A DNA stretch of 64,000 nucleotides from NCBI GenBank assembly GCA_963663405.2, contig CAXXSM010000076.1, forward strand, positions 1 through 64,000, in the 5' to 3' direction. This document shows positions 20,746-31,640 of the stretch, piece by piece. A model generated the notes under the pieces. It was not told the DNA's origin. It worked only from the letters and a program-made list of their open reading frames with translations, and made no database searches. The position numbers and the translations under genes are program-made. Position 1 is the stretch's first letter. Each line of letters begins with the position of its first letter. Source of the stretch: a bacterium (lineage in GTDB: Bacteria; Hinthialibacterota; Hinthialibacteria; Hinthialibacterales; Hinthialibacteraceae).

Positions 20746-21200
20746 TGTGATTTCTCCACCCAAGCCTGCAGCCAATGATTGACGCTTTCTTCCAAACTGC
20801 CCCAACTCCGCCGGAAACGGCCCATCATACTTCGATCTTCCAAGATCAACGAATCCGAAGACGGATACCCATCCGCCTCCCTTAATCCCGGCACTCGCAA
20901 TTCGATCGCCATATATTGTGGATGTCCCAACGCGGGAATCCGTTCTTCCACTAACTTGGCGATCCGGCTGTAACTCTCCAATTTCTGGATTTCAACATCG
21001 AGACGCTCGATTTCGTCGATTAATTCTTTTTTTTCCTTATAGCGGGAGCCGATCTGTAAACGGATCTCTTTCTCCTGAATGGACGTATGAGCGATGAGCA
21101 AAACGCAGCCGAACATGACAATCAACCACACGTAGAGAATCAAACCTCGTGTCATCGGCACAGCCATCGTTTCCTTGGTCTTCGATCGCTCTCTAGCCAT
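20742..21200 (-). CDS. ftsL: FtsL-like cell division protein
   Basis: Short N-terminus, one TM helix, coiled coil ending LESYSRI; positioned between rsmH and ftsI. Confidence 0.65.
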   Translation of the reverse strand: MARERSKTKETMAVPMTRGLILYVWLIVMFGCVLLIAHTSIQEKEIRLQIGSRYKEKKELIDEIERLDVEIQKLESYSRIAKLVEERIPALGHPQYMAIELRVPGLREADGYPSSDSLILEDRSMMGRFRRSWGSLEESVNHWLQAWVEKSQ

Positions 21201-22171
21201 GCGCCTCTCCCACCGTCTCTGAAAACCGCTCCAAAACGCGCAACTGCGCGCTCCGGGATCGGGGATTCCTCTCCCGCTCCGCTGTACAAGGTTTGACCGG
21301 CTTCCGAGTCACGATCAATCCTTTCGATTGAGCGCCGCATCCACACTGCGGAAGACCGGGTGGGCACACACAGCGCCCGCAATACTCCCGGTACAGTTCT
21401 TTCACAATTCGATGTTCAAGCGAGTGATACGACAGAACCGCTACCCGTCCACCCGGTTTTAGTCGATTAAGCGCGGCCCCCAATCCCGTGCGGAGCGCCT
21501 CTAACTCATCGTTAACAAAAATCCGCAACGCCTGAAACACACGCGTCGCTGGATGCAGCCCTTCCTGTTTTCGGTGCGCGGCGGGAATCGCCTGTGTGAC
21601 GACATCGGCCAGATCTTGGGTCGTTTCAATCGCGCTTTCACGCCGCCGTCTCACGATCGCTTTCGCAATCCGGCGGGCGAACCGCTCTTCCCCAAAACGT
21701 TTAAACAGATCAGCCATCGGCTGTTCCTCCCAGCCCGCGATAATCTCCTGCGCGGTCAATTCCTGCCGGCGGTCCATCCGCATATCCAAAGGCCCCTCCC
21801 GCATGAAACTGAAACCCCGCTCGGGTGTGTCGACTTCCGGAGACGAAAATCCTAAATCGAAAAGTATCGCATCGGCGGCCTTTACTCCTTCACGGTCGAG
21901 GATCGAATCTAGTTCCTCAAATCCATTCCGTACAAGCCGCACGGCAAAGCGGACATCCTGAAATCGTTCCTCACAATACCTCAACGCGTCTTCGTCCCGG
22001 TCAATCCCAATCAAACGGCCATTCTCATCAAACGGTTTTGGACAAGATCGCGCTGTGTCCGCCATACCCAATCGTGCAATCGACCAGGATCGATTCCCCC
22101 GCCCCAAGCGGCAGATACCGCGCGGTTTCCGCCGCCATAACCGGCGTGTGAGGGGATTCGTTCCCATTCAT
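21193..22171 (-). CDS. rsmH: 16S rRNA m4C1402 methyltransferase, +1 frameshift near 22035
   Basis: The true N-terminus lies in a third frame from ATG 22171 (MNGNESPHTPVM...VDCTIGYGGHS) and continues in the main ORF (GIDRD, DLGFSS, PLDMRMD, FQALRIFVNDEL, NPRSRSA). Confidence 0.93.
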
Positions 22172-22238
22172 GATTTCGATTCACGTTTGTATTCCCGTTC
22201 AAAATCATCCATCGTCATCTATTAGCTGATCGCTTCCT

Positions 22239-22793
22239 TTACGTTTCCGTCCCTTTTTCAAAATCACCGATCGTCTTCTGTCCGCTGATCACATCCATCA
22301 CATCCGGCAAATAATCATCGATCAGCGCGTCGGCTCGTTCGACCTCGTCTAGGTAATAGGTTGGATTACTGATTAAAATCTTGTCCCAATCGCCGATGAC
22401 ATAGAGTTTTTTATCAATCCGTCCGAATTTAACCATATCTGGTGGAATGACAACACGCCCTTCTTTGTCCATGGAACAATCCCTTGAATGAGCGTAAAAA
22501 AGATTGCGCGCCGCCCTTCCCTTTTTGGAGTAATTGCCTTTACAATTTAATTGATGCGCTAAACGCCACCAATTGATCTCCGGAAAAATGGCTAACGAAT
22601 GGTTGAACCACTTCATTAGAATTAAGGTAGAATTCTTCAGCTTATCTTTATGCGTCTGGGGAAGCGCGAATCTTGATTTCCCATCCAAATTCTTATCAAA
22701 CGATCCTATAAAAGGAGTAATAAGAGAATCCGCGCCCTCGTTCGAGGCGCCAGGACTCAAATCAGATAAGGTAGACTCAAGAATTTCTTCCAT
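22239..22793 (-). CDS. mraZ: Transcriptional regulator MraZ
   Basis: Two SpoVT-AbrB repeats (FIGSFDKNLDGKSRFALP and MDKEGRVVIP); first gene of the dcw cluster. Confidence 0.88.
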   Translation of the reverse strand: MEEILESTLSDLSPGASNEGADSLITPFIGSFDKNLDGKSRFALPQTHKDKLKNSTLILMKWFNHSLAIFPEINWWRLAHQLNCKGNYSKKGRAARNLFYAHSRDCSMDKEGRVVIPPDMVKFGRIDKKLYVIGDWDKILISNPTYYLDEVERADALIDDYLPDVMDVISGQKTIGDFEKGTET

Positions 22794-22867
22794 TTGGCGT
22801 CAATGCTGTCTTTGGGATTTCTTCGCCACTCAACTGGAATTTGAAGGATTGATACCTTCCATCTCAC

Positions 22868-22894
22868 TGGGACATAACAGGGATTATATTGGGA
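22868..22894. promoter_or_regulatory. Candidate MraZ-binding direct repeats overlapping a -10 box
   Basis: TGGGA/AGGGA/TGGGA at 22868, 22879 and 22890 (11-nt period); the minus strand has TATAAT at 22888-22883. Confidence 0.45.
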
Positions 22895-23299
22895 CAAAGC
22901 ATACAATAGCATTTCAATAGCCTGAAAGCAAGACATTTTTCTGTTTTTTTTAATAAAAAACGCTTTTTTCATGGGCTTTTAATATTAAATTTCATGTCAT
23001 GTTATTGGAACTTAGCAGAGTTGATTATAGCCTATTTTGATGTTTGAAATGAAGGCGAACACAATATATTGATGGTCAATCGAATCTGAACTTCAATTTT
23101 TTAAAACTGTGTTGATTCATTGAATTCCGAAAAAAATAAGAGTAATTTCGATTATTTTTCACTTAATTCTATAAATGAAGCGATAGCAGACGACTTTTCC
23201 ATTTGTTCTTTCAGTAATAAACCCCTAAAATCATATTCTAAGAGAACAGTAGTTATGTTCTCCAAATCGTTTACAAACATGACTCATAGGATTCGTACT

Positions 23300-25564
23300 A
23301 TGAAGAAAAAAATTCTTTGGTGGATTCTCATACCTTTTGTATGCGCATTCGCAATCGAATATTACTGGGGGAAGACCATCTTTTTTAAGATCGCGAAAAC
23401 AATCCTTTCAACCAAGTATCAGCTTCAAATCGAGGCGGAGAAGTTTCATTTCGGGATGTCCATGGGAAAACTTGTCTTGAAACAGGCCAGAATCACCGAT
23501 CAGGCGAACGAATCACTGGGTCCAGTTGTAAAGGCGGATCGAATCGATATCGACATGAATTTGGGCAGCGTTTTTCGACAAAAAGCGCAATTTGACCGGC
23601 TAAGGGCGGTTAAACCGGCTGTCGAACTGAATCGGACGCAGGATGGCGCGCTCCAACTGGCCCAGGTTGTCCAACGATTTCAATCCAAATCAGCGCCTGA
23701 AGATCCCCAAACCAGTCCATCAAAAAAATCCTTTCCACAACTCATCATTGAAGACGCCACATTCCAGTACAAGGATGGGAATTCACCGGGAAACGATATC
23801 CACACAATCTCCATTGGAGAACTCCAGTTCGATCCAACAGTGGATCGCTTTCTCTCAAAAGGTTTATCCGTCCATCAAACCAGCGATCAGGATCGAGTCC
23901 TGCTTCAGATCGACAGTCTTCGTGTGGATGGCGCTTTCCAGGACGCGGCCACGCCTATTGGAGTCCATGCGAAAGGGATCGTGATCAAAGGAGAAGAGAC
24001 GGAACCGGATCAATACGACTTTAAGCAGTCTCTGACAGTCTGGCGCCGTGTCATTGAGGAAATTACCGCTCCATTCAAATCCGATCATACGAATCCACCG
24101 AGGAACTTCGCCCCCCTATCCTTCGAGTCCGTTTCTATTGAGATTACACCCGCCGGAGGGCAGCCCGGCGCGATTCGAATTCACGTAGATCAAATCTCTC
24201 TTACAAAAGATGGCGCCCAACTAACACTTGATGGCGTTCTCGTTGAAGAAACTAATCAACCCGCCGTCCAATGTGAGAAAATCATCCTCGCCGGGGTAAG
24301 AGAACAAGAACTCTCTTTGCAATCTCTTCAATTAAAAGGTTTACGCGTCGAAATTCGACATGACGCGGAGGGAAGGGTGAACCTGAACCGCGCCGCCGAA
24401 CGTATTCTCAATGTAATTCAATCCCTCTTGCCCCTGAATGAAGATCCCACAAAAGTCTCTACCACAAATCCATTTTCATCGATTAAACACATTCATATCA
24501 TGGACAGCGTTATTACCTTAAAAGAGCCGATCCAACCGGTTCAACATTTCTCTCTCGAAGAATTTTTGTACGAATCGAATAACCGCACAATCATGAAAGA
24601 CGCCGCATTCACGATGGAACCGGAAGCCAATCCTTATTTCGCCATCACGTCCGCATCTGTGGTGGTAAACAAAGAGGTGGAGATCACTCAAATCGATGAG
24701 ATTACGGCGGATGCCCTAACAATCCATATTCAAAATACCCCGCAAGGCATGGATGTATCTCAACGTTTAAAAACGTGGGATTCGATGTGGAACCGCCTTC
24801 AAAAGAATTCCCATCTTCCTGCCGTTCAAACGCCAAGCAAAATGTTTCGTATCCAATCGGCGGTCATTCAGGACGCGCGCGTTGAATATACTGATACCCG
24901 TCTTGAACAGCCCACTACGCTCGTGTTCGATCCCGTCACGTTTCACTGGCGCGATTTTCAAATCGGCGCTTCCCCAACGAAAATGACGCCCTTTACGCTG
25001 TCCGCGAACATGATTTCCCCCACACAAGGAACGTTCCTGAGTGAAGGAACAGCGGCGTCGTCCCTCAAACCGGTTAATCTAAAATCAGCCGCCACGATTT
25101 CAATTCAAGATTTGACCGCGCTCGAAACATACTACATAGACTCGATGCCTGTCGGAATCGAAAAAGCGGGCCTTCGTATCGAAGGAGATTTTAACGTGAC
25201 AAACAACGAAGCGGATTGCGTTTTTACACTCACTTTAATTCACCCAGAATTCACTTCCGAAAAAGGAAAGTGGAATGAAGGAATCAATAAATCCACAGCG
25301 ATCACCGCATTGAATAATTTAAAGAACAAGAATGGAGAAATTATTTTTTATAAAAACCGGCTGCGGGGAGATGTGCATGATCCAAATTTCAAACCTGGAG
25401 CCGGGGTTTTCAATATTCTGGGCCGTAATCTATGGAATGGAATCAAAAACATTCCCGGTCTTTTCCTGAATGTTGTCAAAACAGGAGGAAATGTTATCAA
25501 AAAAACCGCCGGTTCCGTCGGAAACGCCGTCAGAACCATCATCGGGAAGAAGAAAAACGAATAA
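23300..25564 (+). CDS. AsmA/DUF748-like envelope protein with repeated beta-rich modules
   Basis: N-terminal TM anchor MKKKILWWIL, repeated beta-strand modules each ending in an amphipathic helix, and a C-terminal LKNKNGEI...GDVHDPNF DUF748-like segment. Confidence 0.65.
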   Translation: MKKKILWWILIPFVCAFAIEYYWGKTIFFKIAKTILSTKYQLQIEAEKFHFGMSMGKLVLKQARITDQANESLGPVVKADRIDIDMNLGSVFRQKAQFDRLRAVKPAVELNRTQDGALQLAQVVQRFQSKSAPEDPQTSPSKKSFPQLIIEDATFQYKDGNSPGNDIHTISIGELQFDPTVDRFLSKGLSVHQTSDQDRVLLQIDSLRVDGAFQDAATPIGVHAKGIVIKGEETEPDQYDFKQSLTVWRRVIEEITAPFKSDHTNPPRNFAPLSFESVSIEITPAGGQPGAIRIHVDQISLTKDGAQLTLDGVLVEETNQPAVQCEKIILAGVREQELSLQSLQLKGLRVEIRHDAEGRVNLNRAAERILNVIQSLLPLNEDPTKVSTTNPFSSIKHIHIMDSVITLKEPIQPVQHFSLEEFLYESNNRTIMKDAAFTMEPEANPYFAITSASVVVNKEVEITQIDEITADALTIHIQNTPQGMDVSQRLKTWDSMWNRLQKNSHLPAVQTPSKMFRIQSAVIQDARVEYTDTRLEQPTTLVFDPVTFHWRDFQIGASPTKMTPFTLSANMISPTQGTFLSEGTAASSLKPVNLKSAATISIQDLTALETYYIDSMPVGIEKAGLRIEGDFNVTNNEADCVFTLTLIHPEFTSEKGKWNEGINKSTAITALNNLKNKNGEIIFYKNRLRGDVHDPNFKPGAGVFNILGRNLWNGIKNIPGLFLNVVKTGGNVIKKTAGSVGNAVRTIIGKKKNE

Positions 25565-25808
25565 GACAAAAGATGGATTCAACGAATTCTATGAATGTAT
25601 GGAGATTCCGCCTTCTCTCCTACGTATAATGATTGATTTTCAAATAGGCGAATCATCATCTGCGTTCAAACTTCAACTCCGCAGTTTCCTCCTCTATCGA
25701 TCGGAGATTGGCAATAGTAGCAACTTAATCTTCACTTCGTGAATCTAGATCTATTATTAATAGAAAAAATAGTATTGTTTGGTGATTTATTATCTGATAT
25801 CCTTTTAA

Positions 25809-25898
25809 ATGAAAATGAGTTTCCGAGACTTACTCGTTGGCATTCGCTCCCGCAACTCATTTTCGTTTGTACGTTGTGATCTCGATCATGAAGGTTTA
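25809..25898. repeat. Dispersed ~90 bp hairpin repeat, copy 2
   Basis: ATGAAAATGAGT...CTCCCGCAACTCATTTTCGTTTG...GTGATCTCGATCATGAAGGTTTA, similar to 9655-9743 and in the same orientation. Confidence 0.8.
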
Positions 25899-26045
25899 GA
25901 GGCAGATAATAGAATTAATATAATAATAATTCACATTTTGAATTCATGATAATAGAAATGCAATATTATCGAATTTTGCTTCCTTTGCAGGCAAGTTTCG
26001 TCCAACAAATTCCTTTGGATCGCGATAGTAGTAAGGAACAAGCCT

Positions 26046-28637
26046 ATGAAAATGATCCAAACTTCTAAGTATAAAAAGAACGTCATTTTCCGGACGGCTT
26101 TGCCCGTCTTTATCACGGTTCTTTTGTTCCTCGGTACAGCGTATTTTCTTTTCTTACCCTATATCGAGAGCAGCATGATTCGATCAAAGCGTGAAATGAT
26201 TAATGAACTTACGAATAATGTTATGAGTCTTCTCTCCTATTACCACGAACAAGTCCAATCGGGAATACTGCCCCTTGAAGAAGCTCAGGATAGAGCGATC
26301 GCCCGGATTCGAAAATTGCGGTATGGACGGGAAGGGAAAGATTATTTTTGGATTAATGACATGCAGCCATATATGATTATGCATCCCTACCGGACAGATT
26401 TGGAAGGACATGATATTTCAAATTTCAAGGATCCAAGTGGTAAACGTCTCTTTGTGGAGATGGTCAACATTGTCAAAAAAGAGGGTGAAGGATATGTCGA
26501 TTATATGTGGCAATGGAAAGATGATGACACGCGAATTGTTCCTAAAACATCATTTGTTAAAGAATTCAAGCCCTGGGGATGGATCGTAGGAACTGGAATC
26601 TATATCAACGACGTAAAAGAACAAATCCATCAATTAACCCGTAAAATCAATGCTGTATTCCTTGTCATTTTATGTGTTATCATCGCTCTTTCTTGGTACA
26701 TCATCTATCAAGGAATACAGATGGAACACTCGATCGCCAATCAAAACGCGTTTCTTGAATCTTTACTTTCTGCAATCCCGAATCCCGTTTTTTACAAAGA
26801 TAAAGAAATGCGGTATCTGGGTTGCAATCCCGCCTTCAGCGAATTTACGGGAAAGCGAATCGAAGATATTATCGGAAAAACTGTACACGATGTTTGGATC
26901 GAACAACATGCAGCAACCTATCAGGATACGGATTTAGAATTATTAGCGAATCCCGGTGTCCAACAATATGAATTTGACATGGAAGCTTCTGATGGCTCCA
27001 TACGAAATGTGATATTTAACAAGTCGACTTTCTACGATTCCAAAGGAGAAATTGGTGGAATCGTTGGCGTCATTCAAGATATTACCGAACGGAAACAGAC
27101 GGAACTTTCATTGAAGAAAAGTGAAGATCGTTTCCGTTCTGTTATCGAAGCCAGTAAAGACGCTATGATCGCCATTAATGTCCAGGGTAAAATCACCCTA
27201 TTTAATCCTGCGGCGGAAAAGATATTTGGATGGACTCATAAGGAACTCTTTAATCAGTCATTGGATTGTTTAATGCTTGAAGAATATCGGACCAAACACA
27301 AATCTTATATTGAAAGCTATTTTACAACTGGAAAACCTGATAACGCCATGAATAACACCGTTGAACTTCCGGCGTTACACCGCGATGGAACAGTTTTTCC
27401 CATCGATCTTTCTCTCGCAGAAGGGAAACATGGGGAAGAACGATTTATCTTGGCCATCATCCGGGATATCAATGAGCGGAAACTGCTGGAAGAACAATTA
27501 CAGCAAGCGCAAAAGATGGAAGCGATCGGCACATTGGCGGGAGGAATCGCTCATGACTTCAACAATATTCTGTTTGCCATTAAAGGCTATTCTGAACTGG
27601 TAAGAGACTCCATCTCCGATGACAACCGCGCAAAAGGCTGGATCGATCAAATTCATCACGCGACAGACCGCGCCACAGAACTCGTCAAACATATTCTTGC
27701 TTATAGCCGGAAAGGAAGAAATGAACGGACTCAAACTGAACTTAATTCTCTGATCAAGGAAGTGTTAAAACTGATCCGATCCTCCATTCCCACCACAGTA
27801 GATATTGAATCCAACTTCACCGATTCGTCTATTTATATACACGCCGATCCTGTCCAAATCCATCAAGTTATCATGAATCTATGCACAAACGCCTACTATG
27901 TGATGAAGAAAGATGGCGGAATTCTTGAAATTAAACTATCTGAAGAGCATATTCAACAAGAACATAAAATGAAAATGGGATCGATCCCTCCCGGCGCATA
28001 CGCCAATATCATGATAAAAGATACTGGACCTGGGATTTCTCCAGATATTGTCGATCGTATTTTTGATCCCTATTTTACGACAAAACCGGAAGGAGAAGGA
28101 ACCGGAATGGGCTTGGCGGTTGTCCAGGGAATTGTGAGTTCTCATGGTGGTTATATTGATGTAATGAGCAAAGTAGGCCAAGGAACAACATTCAATGTTT
28201 ATTTCCCATTATCGACCGTTAAAGACAGCAAGATGAAGGTTGATACATACGTTGCGCCTGTTGTAACGAAATTAAGAGGAAAAGTTCTTGTTGTAGATGA
28301 CGAAAAATCCATTATTCAAATCACGAAAGAACGATTGGAACGAATTGGATTGGAGGTCACCGGCCTCACAGACAGTTTGGAAGCGATGAAATTATTCCAA
28401 ACCAATCCAAATCAATTCGATCTTGTTATTTCCGACCAAACCATGCCCAAAATTACAGGGATCGAATTATCCAAACAAATGCTCGCTTTGCGCCCCGATC
28501 TCCCCATCATTTTATGCACGGGATACAGTGATACGATTGACAAAAACGCATCCCTTAAATTAGGAATTCGCGAGTTCCTTTACAAACCCGTTTCACGGGA
28601 CGTGTTAATTGAAACTCTGCAAAAAGTTCTCAAATGA
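26046..28637 (+). CDS. Hybrid sensor histidine kinase (Cache-PAS-PAS-HisKA-HATPase-REC)
   Basis: sCache YFWIND...HP...WGWIVGTG, two PAS/PAC domains, H-box GGIAHDFNN, G-boxes DTGPG/GTGMGL, and receiver VVDDE...DQTMP...KP. Confidence 0.95.
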   Translation: MKMIQTSKYKKNVIFRTALPVFITVLLFLGTAYFLFLPYIESSMIRSKREMINELTNNVMSLLSYYHEQVQSGILPLEEAQDRAIARIRKLRYGREGKDYFWINDMQPYMIMHPYRTDLEGHDISNFKDPSGKRLFVEMVNIVKKEGEGYVDYMWQWKDDDTRIVPKTSFVKEFKPWGWIVGTGIYINDVKEQIHQLTRKINAVFLVILCVIIALSWYIIYQGIQMEHSIANQNAFLESLLSAIPNPVFYKDKEMRYLGCNPAFSEFTGKRIEDIIGKTVHDVWIEQHAATYQDTDLELLANPGVQQYEFDMEASDGSIRNVIFNKSTFYDSKGEIGGIVGVIQDITERKQTELSLKKSEDRFRSVIEASKDAMIAINVQGKITLFNPAAEKIFGWTHKELFNQSLDCLMLEEYRTKHKSYIESYFTTGKPDNAMNNTVELPALHRDGTVFPIDLSLAEGKHGEERFILAIIRDINERKLLEEQLQQAQKMEAIGTLAGGIAHDFNNILFAIKGYSELVRDSISDDNRAKGWIDQIHHATDRATELVKHILAYSRKGRNERTQTELNSLIKEVLKLIRSSIPTTVDIESNFTDSSIYIHADPVQIHQVIMNLCTNAYYVMKKDGGILEIKLSEEHIQQEHKMKMGSIPPGAYANIMIKDTGPGISPDIVDRIFDPYFTTKPEGEGTGMGLAVVQGIVSSHGGYIDVMSKVGQGTTFNVYFPLSTVKDSKMKVDTYVAPVVTKLRGKVLVVDDEKSIIQITKERLERIGLEVTGLTDSLEAMKLFQTNPNQFDLVISDQTMPKITGIELSKQMLALRPDLPIILCTGYSDTIDKNASLKLGIREFLYKPVSRDVLIETLQKVLK

Positions 28638-28706
28638 TAACGCGTCTCATTTGAGTATCAATTCATCCCGCCCTTGCAATTGATCAATGGATCCATCTCC
28701 TTGTAT

Positions 28707-28736
28707 TTGCCTGATTTCAGAAAAATCTCCTATAAT
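28707..28736 (+). promoter_or_regulatory. Putative sigma70 promoter
   Basis: TTGCCT-N18-TATAAT upstream of the ORF at 28820. Confidence 0.45.
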
Positions 28737-28819
28737 GAAATATTGGCGTACAAATCCTTGTACTTTTAGTAAATCAATACACATTCATAGATAAATTAAC
28801 GCGTAGACGGAGAAGAATA

Positions 28820-29503
28820 ATGAAAAAATGGAAAATTTTAATACTCGTACTAATTGGTATTATTGGAATGGCGGGCGCATCGGAAAAAGACGATTTATTT
28901 CAAACAGGAGAAAAATGGATCTATAAGCATCAAGGACCGAAACCGGGCAGTTTAAATCCAAAAAAACTCAATGGCGATCGGATTCGAAAATGTTTATCCA
29001 GTCAGGGCAACAACGAAAACAAACGATGGGTCGTAGAAGAAAAGTATCCCACGGAAGAAGGCTTTCGATATTTTATTGATAGGAATAGACTGGTTAATAA
29101 AATCGAAACGGGCTTTGATACAACAGTCCACTTCAATCCACCTATTCCCTTCGATTGTCAAATACTCCAAAAAGATGAAGAGAAAGAGTATCATTCCGAA
29201 TTCAATTTTGGACGGCTTCTCGTCTCCTATATGGTGAAGAGCAAACGCCTGAAAAACGAAACGGTTATTGTTCCCGCTGGTGAGTTTAACGACTGCCATC
29301 ATTACCACAATATTACCATAATTACATTTCGTAACGAGAGCGCGAAAACCGTCATCAGATTGACGCAGGATGTGTTCTATCACCCCAAAGCGCATGGTAT
29401 CGTCATGGAAATCTCCAAGAGATCTCCCGTTGATCTCGGTGGAAAAATCCTGGACGGACAAACATCAACCAGTGTGCTTAAATTCTATCATCGGGGAGGA
29501 TGA
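28820..29503 (+). CDS. Exported hypothetical protein (DUF3108-like)
   Basis: Signal peptide; motifs EKWIY and ETVIVPAGEFNDC...FYHPKAHGIV typical of this beta-rich family; GGAG RBS. Confidence 0.6.
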   Translation: MKKWKILILVLIGIIGMAGASEKDDLFQTGEKWIYKHQGPKPGSLNPKKLNGDRIRKCLSSQGNNENKRWVVEEKYPTEEGFRYFIDRNRLVNKIETGFDTTVHFNPPIPFDCQILQKDEEKEYHSEFNFGRLLVSYMVKSKRLKNETVIVPAGEFNDCHHYHNITIITFRNESAKTVIRLTQDVFYHPKAHGIVMEISKRSPVDLGGKILDGQTSTSVLKFYHRGG

Positions 29504-29704
29504 TATAAAAATATCTGCCAGAATCGAGACTGTCACTACCGGCTGACACCCTTCTGGAAGATTGGGAAGAGGAATCGTGATTTCTTTTTCTGAGAGTTCT
29601 CTATTCGCCGTTTTTTCTGATTTTCCACAAGATAATAATGCGGCAGGGACTAAAACCAAACAGATTAGATTTAACCAGAAACTGATTTTCATCATCAGAA
29701 TCAT
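29465..29704 (-). pseudogene. Truncated lipoprotein, remnant of an FGE-domain gene
   Basis: Lipobox LLSC, then EITIPLPNLPEGCQPVVTVSI, resembling TLTIDIPNLPDSAIPLEMTRI that opens the FGE domain of 4496-6544; the sequence then decays. Confidence 0.55.
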
Positions 29705-29755
29705 CCCCCTGATTAATTCTTGCCGAATCCCCCCATTTTGGCATTCTATGAATGC

Positions 29756-30841
29756 TTACCGGTTGATGTGCATGCGGGAGGTAGAACTTTTGTTGACGAT
29801 CGCGTCAAGACCGGGGGTTTCTTTGATCTTGCCTTGTTGTTTTTTCACTTGTTCGTTGATCGAATCATCCAACGAAGGGGCGCCGAGTTTATCCGCGACC
29901 ACTTTTGCGGTCTCAATTTCCTGGTTCAACGCGGCTTTTTCCTGCTGGATGCTTTCGATCCGTTCCGTTTTGGACTTAATCGCGCTTTGTACTTTGGCGA
30001 TCCGGGTTTTCATGCTATCCAGATCCTTCGAATCCGTCCCTGAAGAATGCGCAATTTTATTAAAGGAATCTTCAAGGCTTTTCATATTTTTTTCAAGCGA
30101 GTCAATTGAGAGGGAGAGCGATTTTTCTTCTTGGGTTACGCTGTTTTTAATGTGAATAAGCACTTTTTCTTTCGTGCGTACTAATTCACCGCGTAATTGA
30201 CGGATTTTTTGGATTTGAGGCTCCAATCCCCGCGCAAAAAGAAGATATTTGGATTTGATGAGCCGCAGCTCCGCGGCTAAGTCGTTCGCGCGTTTTTCCT
30301 GACCGCGGTCACGCGCTTGCAGCATTAATCCCATTTTTTCTTCAAATGTATCTACGATGCCTGTTTTGCGCTTTCGCTGGGCCAACTCCATTTCCCCTTC
30401 ACGGATCTCGGTGGTCACATTGAGAACATCTTTCCGGCGCCGCTCCAGTTTTTGGAGTACTTCTTGATTGTCTTTGTATGTCGATTCGGCCATACAGAGC
30501 AGTATCAGCATCTCGTCTTCCAAATGGCTGATATCACCACTGATCGCTAGTTCAATTTTGTTCGCGATCGCTTCGGAATCATCGGAGAGGGAATGATGAC
30601 GGTGGTAATCCACCATTTTTTTTGCTTGCTCAGCGGTGGTCCAGATGACGCGGTTGTCACGAATCACCCGAACGAGTTTGTGCGAAGGAACATTGGATGT
30701 CTTTGCGCTTTCTTCTAGAATCGCTCGCATCAACGCGTCGAACCGACTTAAGTCCAATTGACCGTCTTTTAACAAGATCAGATCTTTGATTGATTTCCCT
30801 GACACAAGGGAATCAAAAGAAACGTATTCAGGATTTTTCAT
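29756..30841 (-). CDS. Hypothetical coiled-coil protein
   Basis: 361-aa ORF rich in K/E/L heptads with no recognisable motif. Confidence 0.75.
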   Translation of the reverse strand: MKNPEYVSFDSLVSGKSIKDLILLKDGQLDLSRFDALMRAILEESAKTSNVPSHKLVRVIRDNRVIWTTAEQAKKMVDYHRHHSLSDDSEAIANKIELAISGDISHLEDEMLILLCMAESTYKDNQEVLQKLERRRKDVLNVTTEIREGEMELAQRKRKTGIVDTFEEKMGLMLQARDRGQEKRANDLAAELRLIKSKYLLFARGLEPQIQKIRQLRGELVRTKEKVLIHIKNSVTQEEKSLSLSIDSLEKNMKSLEDSFNKIAHSSGTDSKDLDSMKTRIAKVQSAIKSKTERIESIQQEKAALNQEIETAKVVADKLGAPSLDDSINEQVKKQQGKIKETPGLDAIVNKSSTSRMHINR

Positions 30842-31640
30842 TTGTCCGTCAATCGAATTCCTATTCTCAGTTCTTGTAGGTAGTTATTGGTTCTTCCAGA
30901 ATATACGTTTTAGAATTTATGAATTATTCCCCGTGGATCGATAAGGCGCGGTCCACTCTATTTTACAACGTTATCACAACACATTTTCTTTTACCCGTTC
31001 TAATCGTAAAACACGATTCCTTTTTTTACGTATTATACGGGACGAAAAGAATAAGTACATCTAAACCGCACCCCATTCTCTCTTAGACAGCGAGATAATT
31101 TTTCCTGAATATTCGATGATAGAGAGTCGTTATACCTAAGTATTATCTTTTCGTTTTCAATCTAAGTAGTTAAAATTATTTTATCTTTTTATTATACAAA
31201 TTGGTATAGAAACTATAAAAAATTAACCATATTTCATAAAATCATCGCGGAAATGGCCTTGTTCTCTCATCTCTGATCAGGATGATAGGCGTAAAAACGT
31301 TTTCCAAGTACATGATGAGTGGATTATGGCTGAACGGATATAAACGTAAACTTAAAGATATAATCTTAGATGTCGTTGACGGCTGGATTACTATTTATAA
31401 TATATTAGCGAGTTTCATCTTGCCGGATCTAATATCCGGGCGCGCCGATAATGATTTCTTTGACCGCTTTACCTTTAGATGGTTTTTGCCGAATATAAAT
31501 ACTGAAACAGTGATAATCCGTATCTTGATTAATGCGCTTAAATATATTGACGCTCGTAAAAACATTCAGGGGCTAGATAAATCTAAATATCGATATATAG
31601 AACTCCATTTTTAATAGCGTTATCCAATAGATAAACGGGA

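Noticed and set aside
31282-31614. 110-aa ORF in the AT-rich spacer
   Set aside because: No convincing RBS or recognisable motif; probably spurious, though not excluded.
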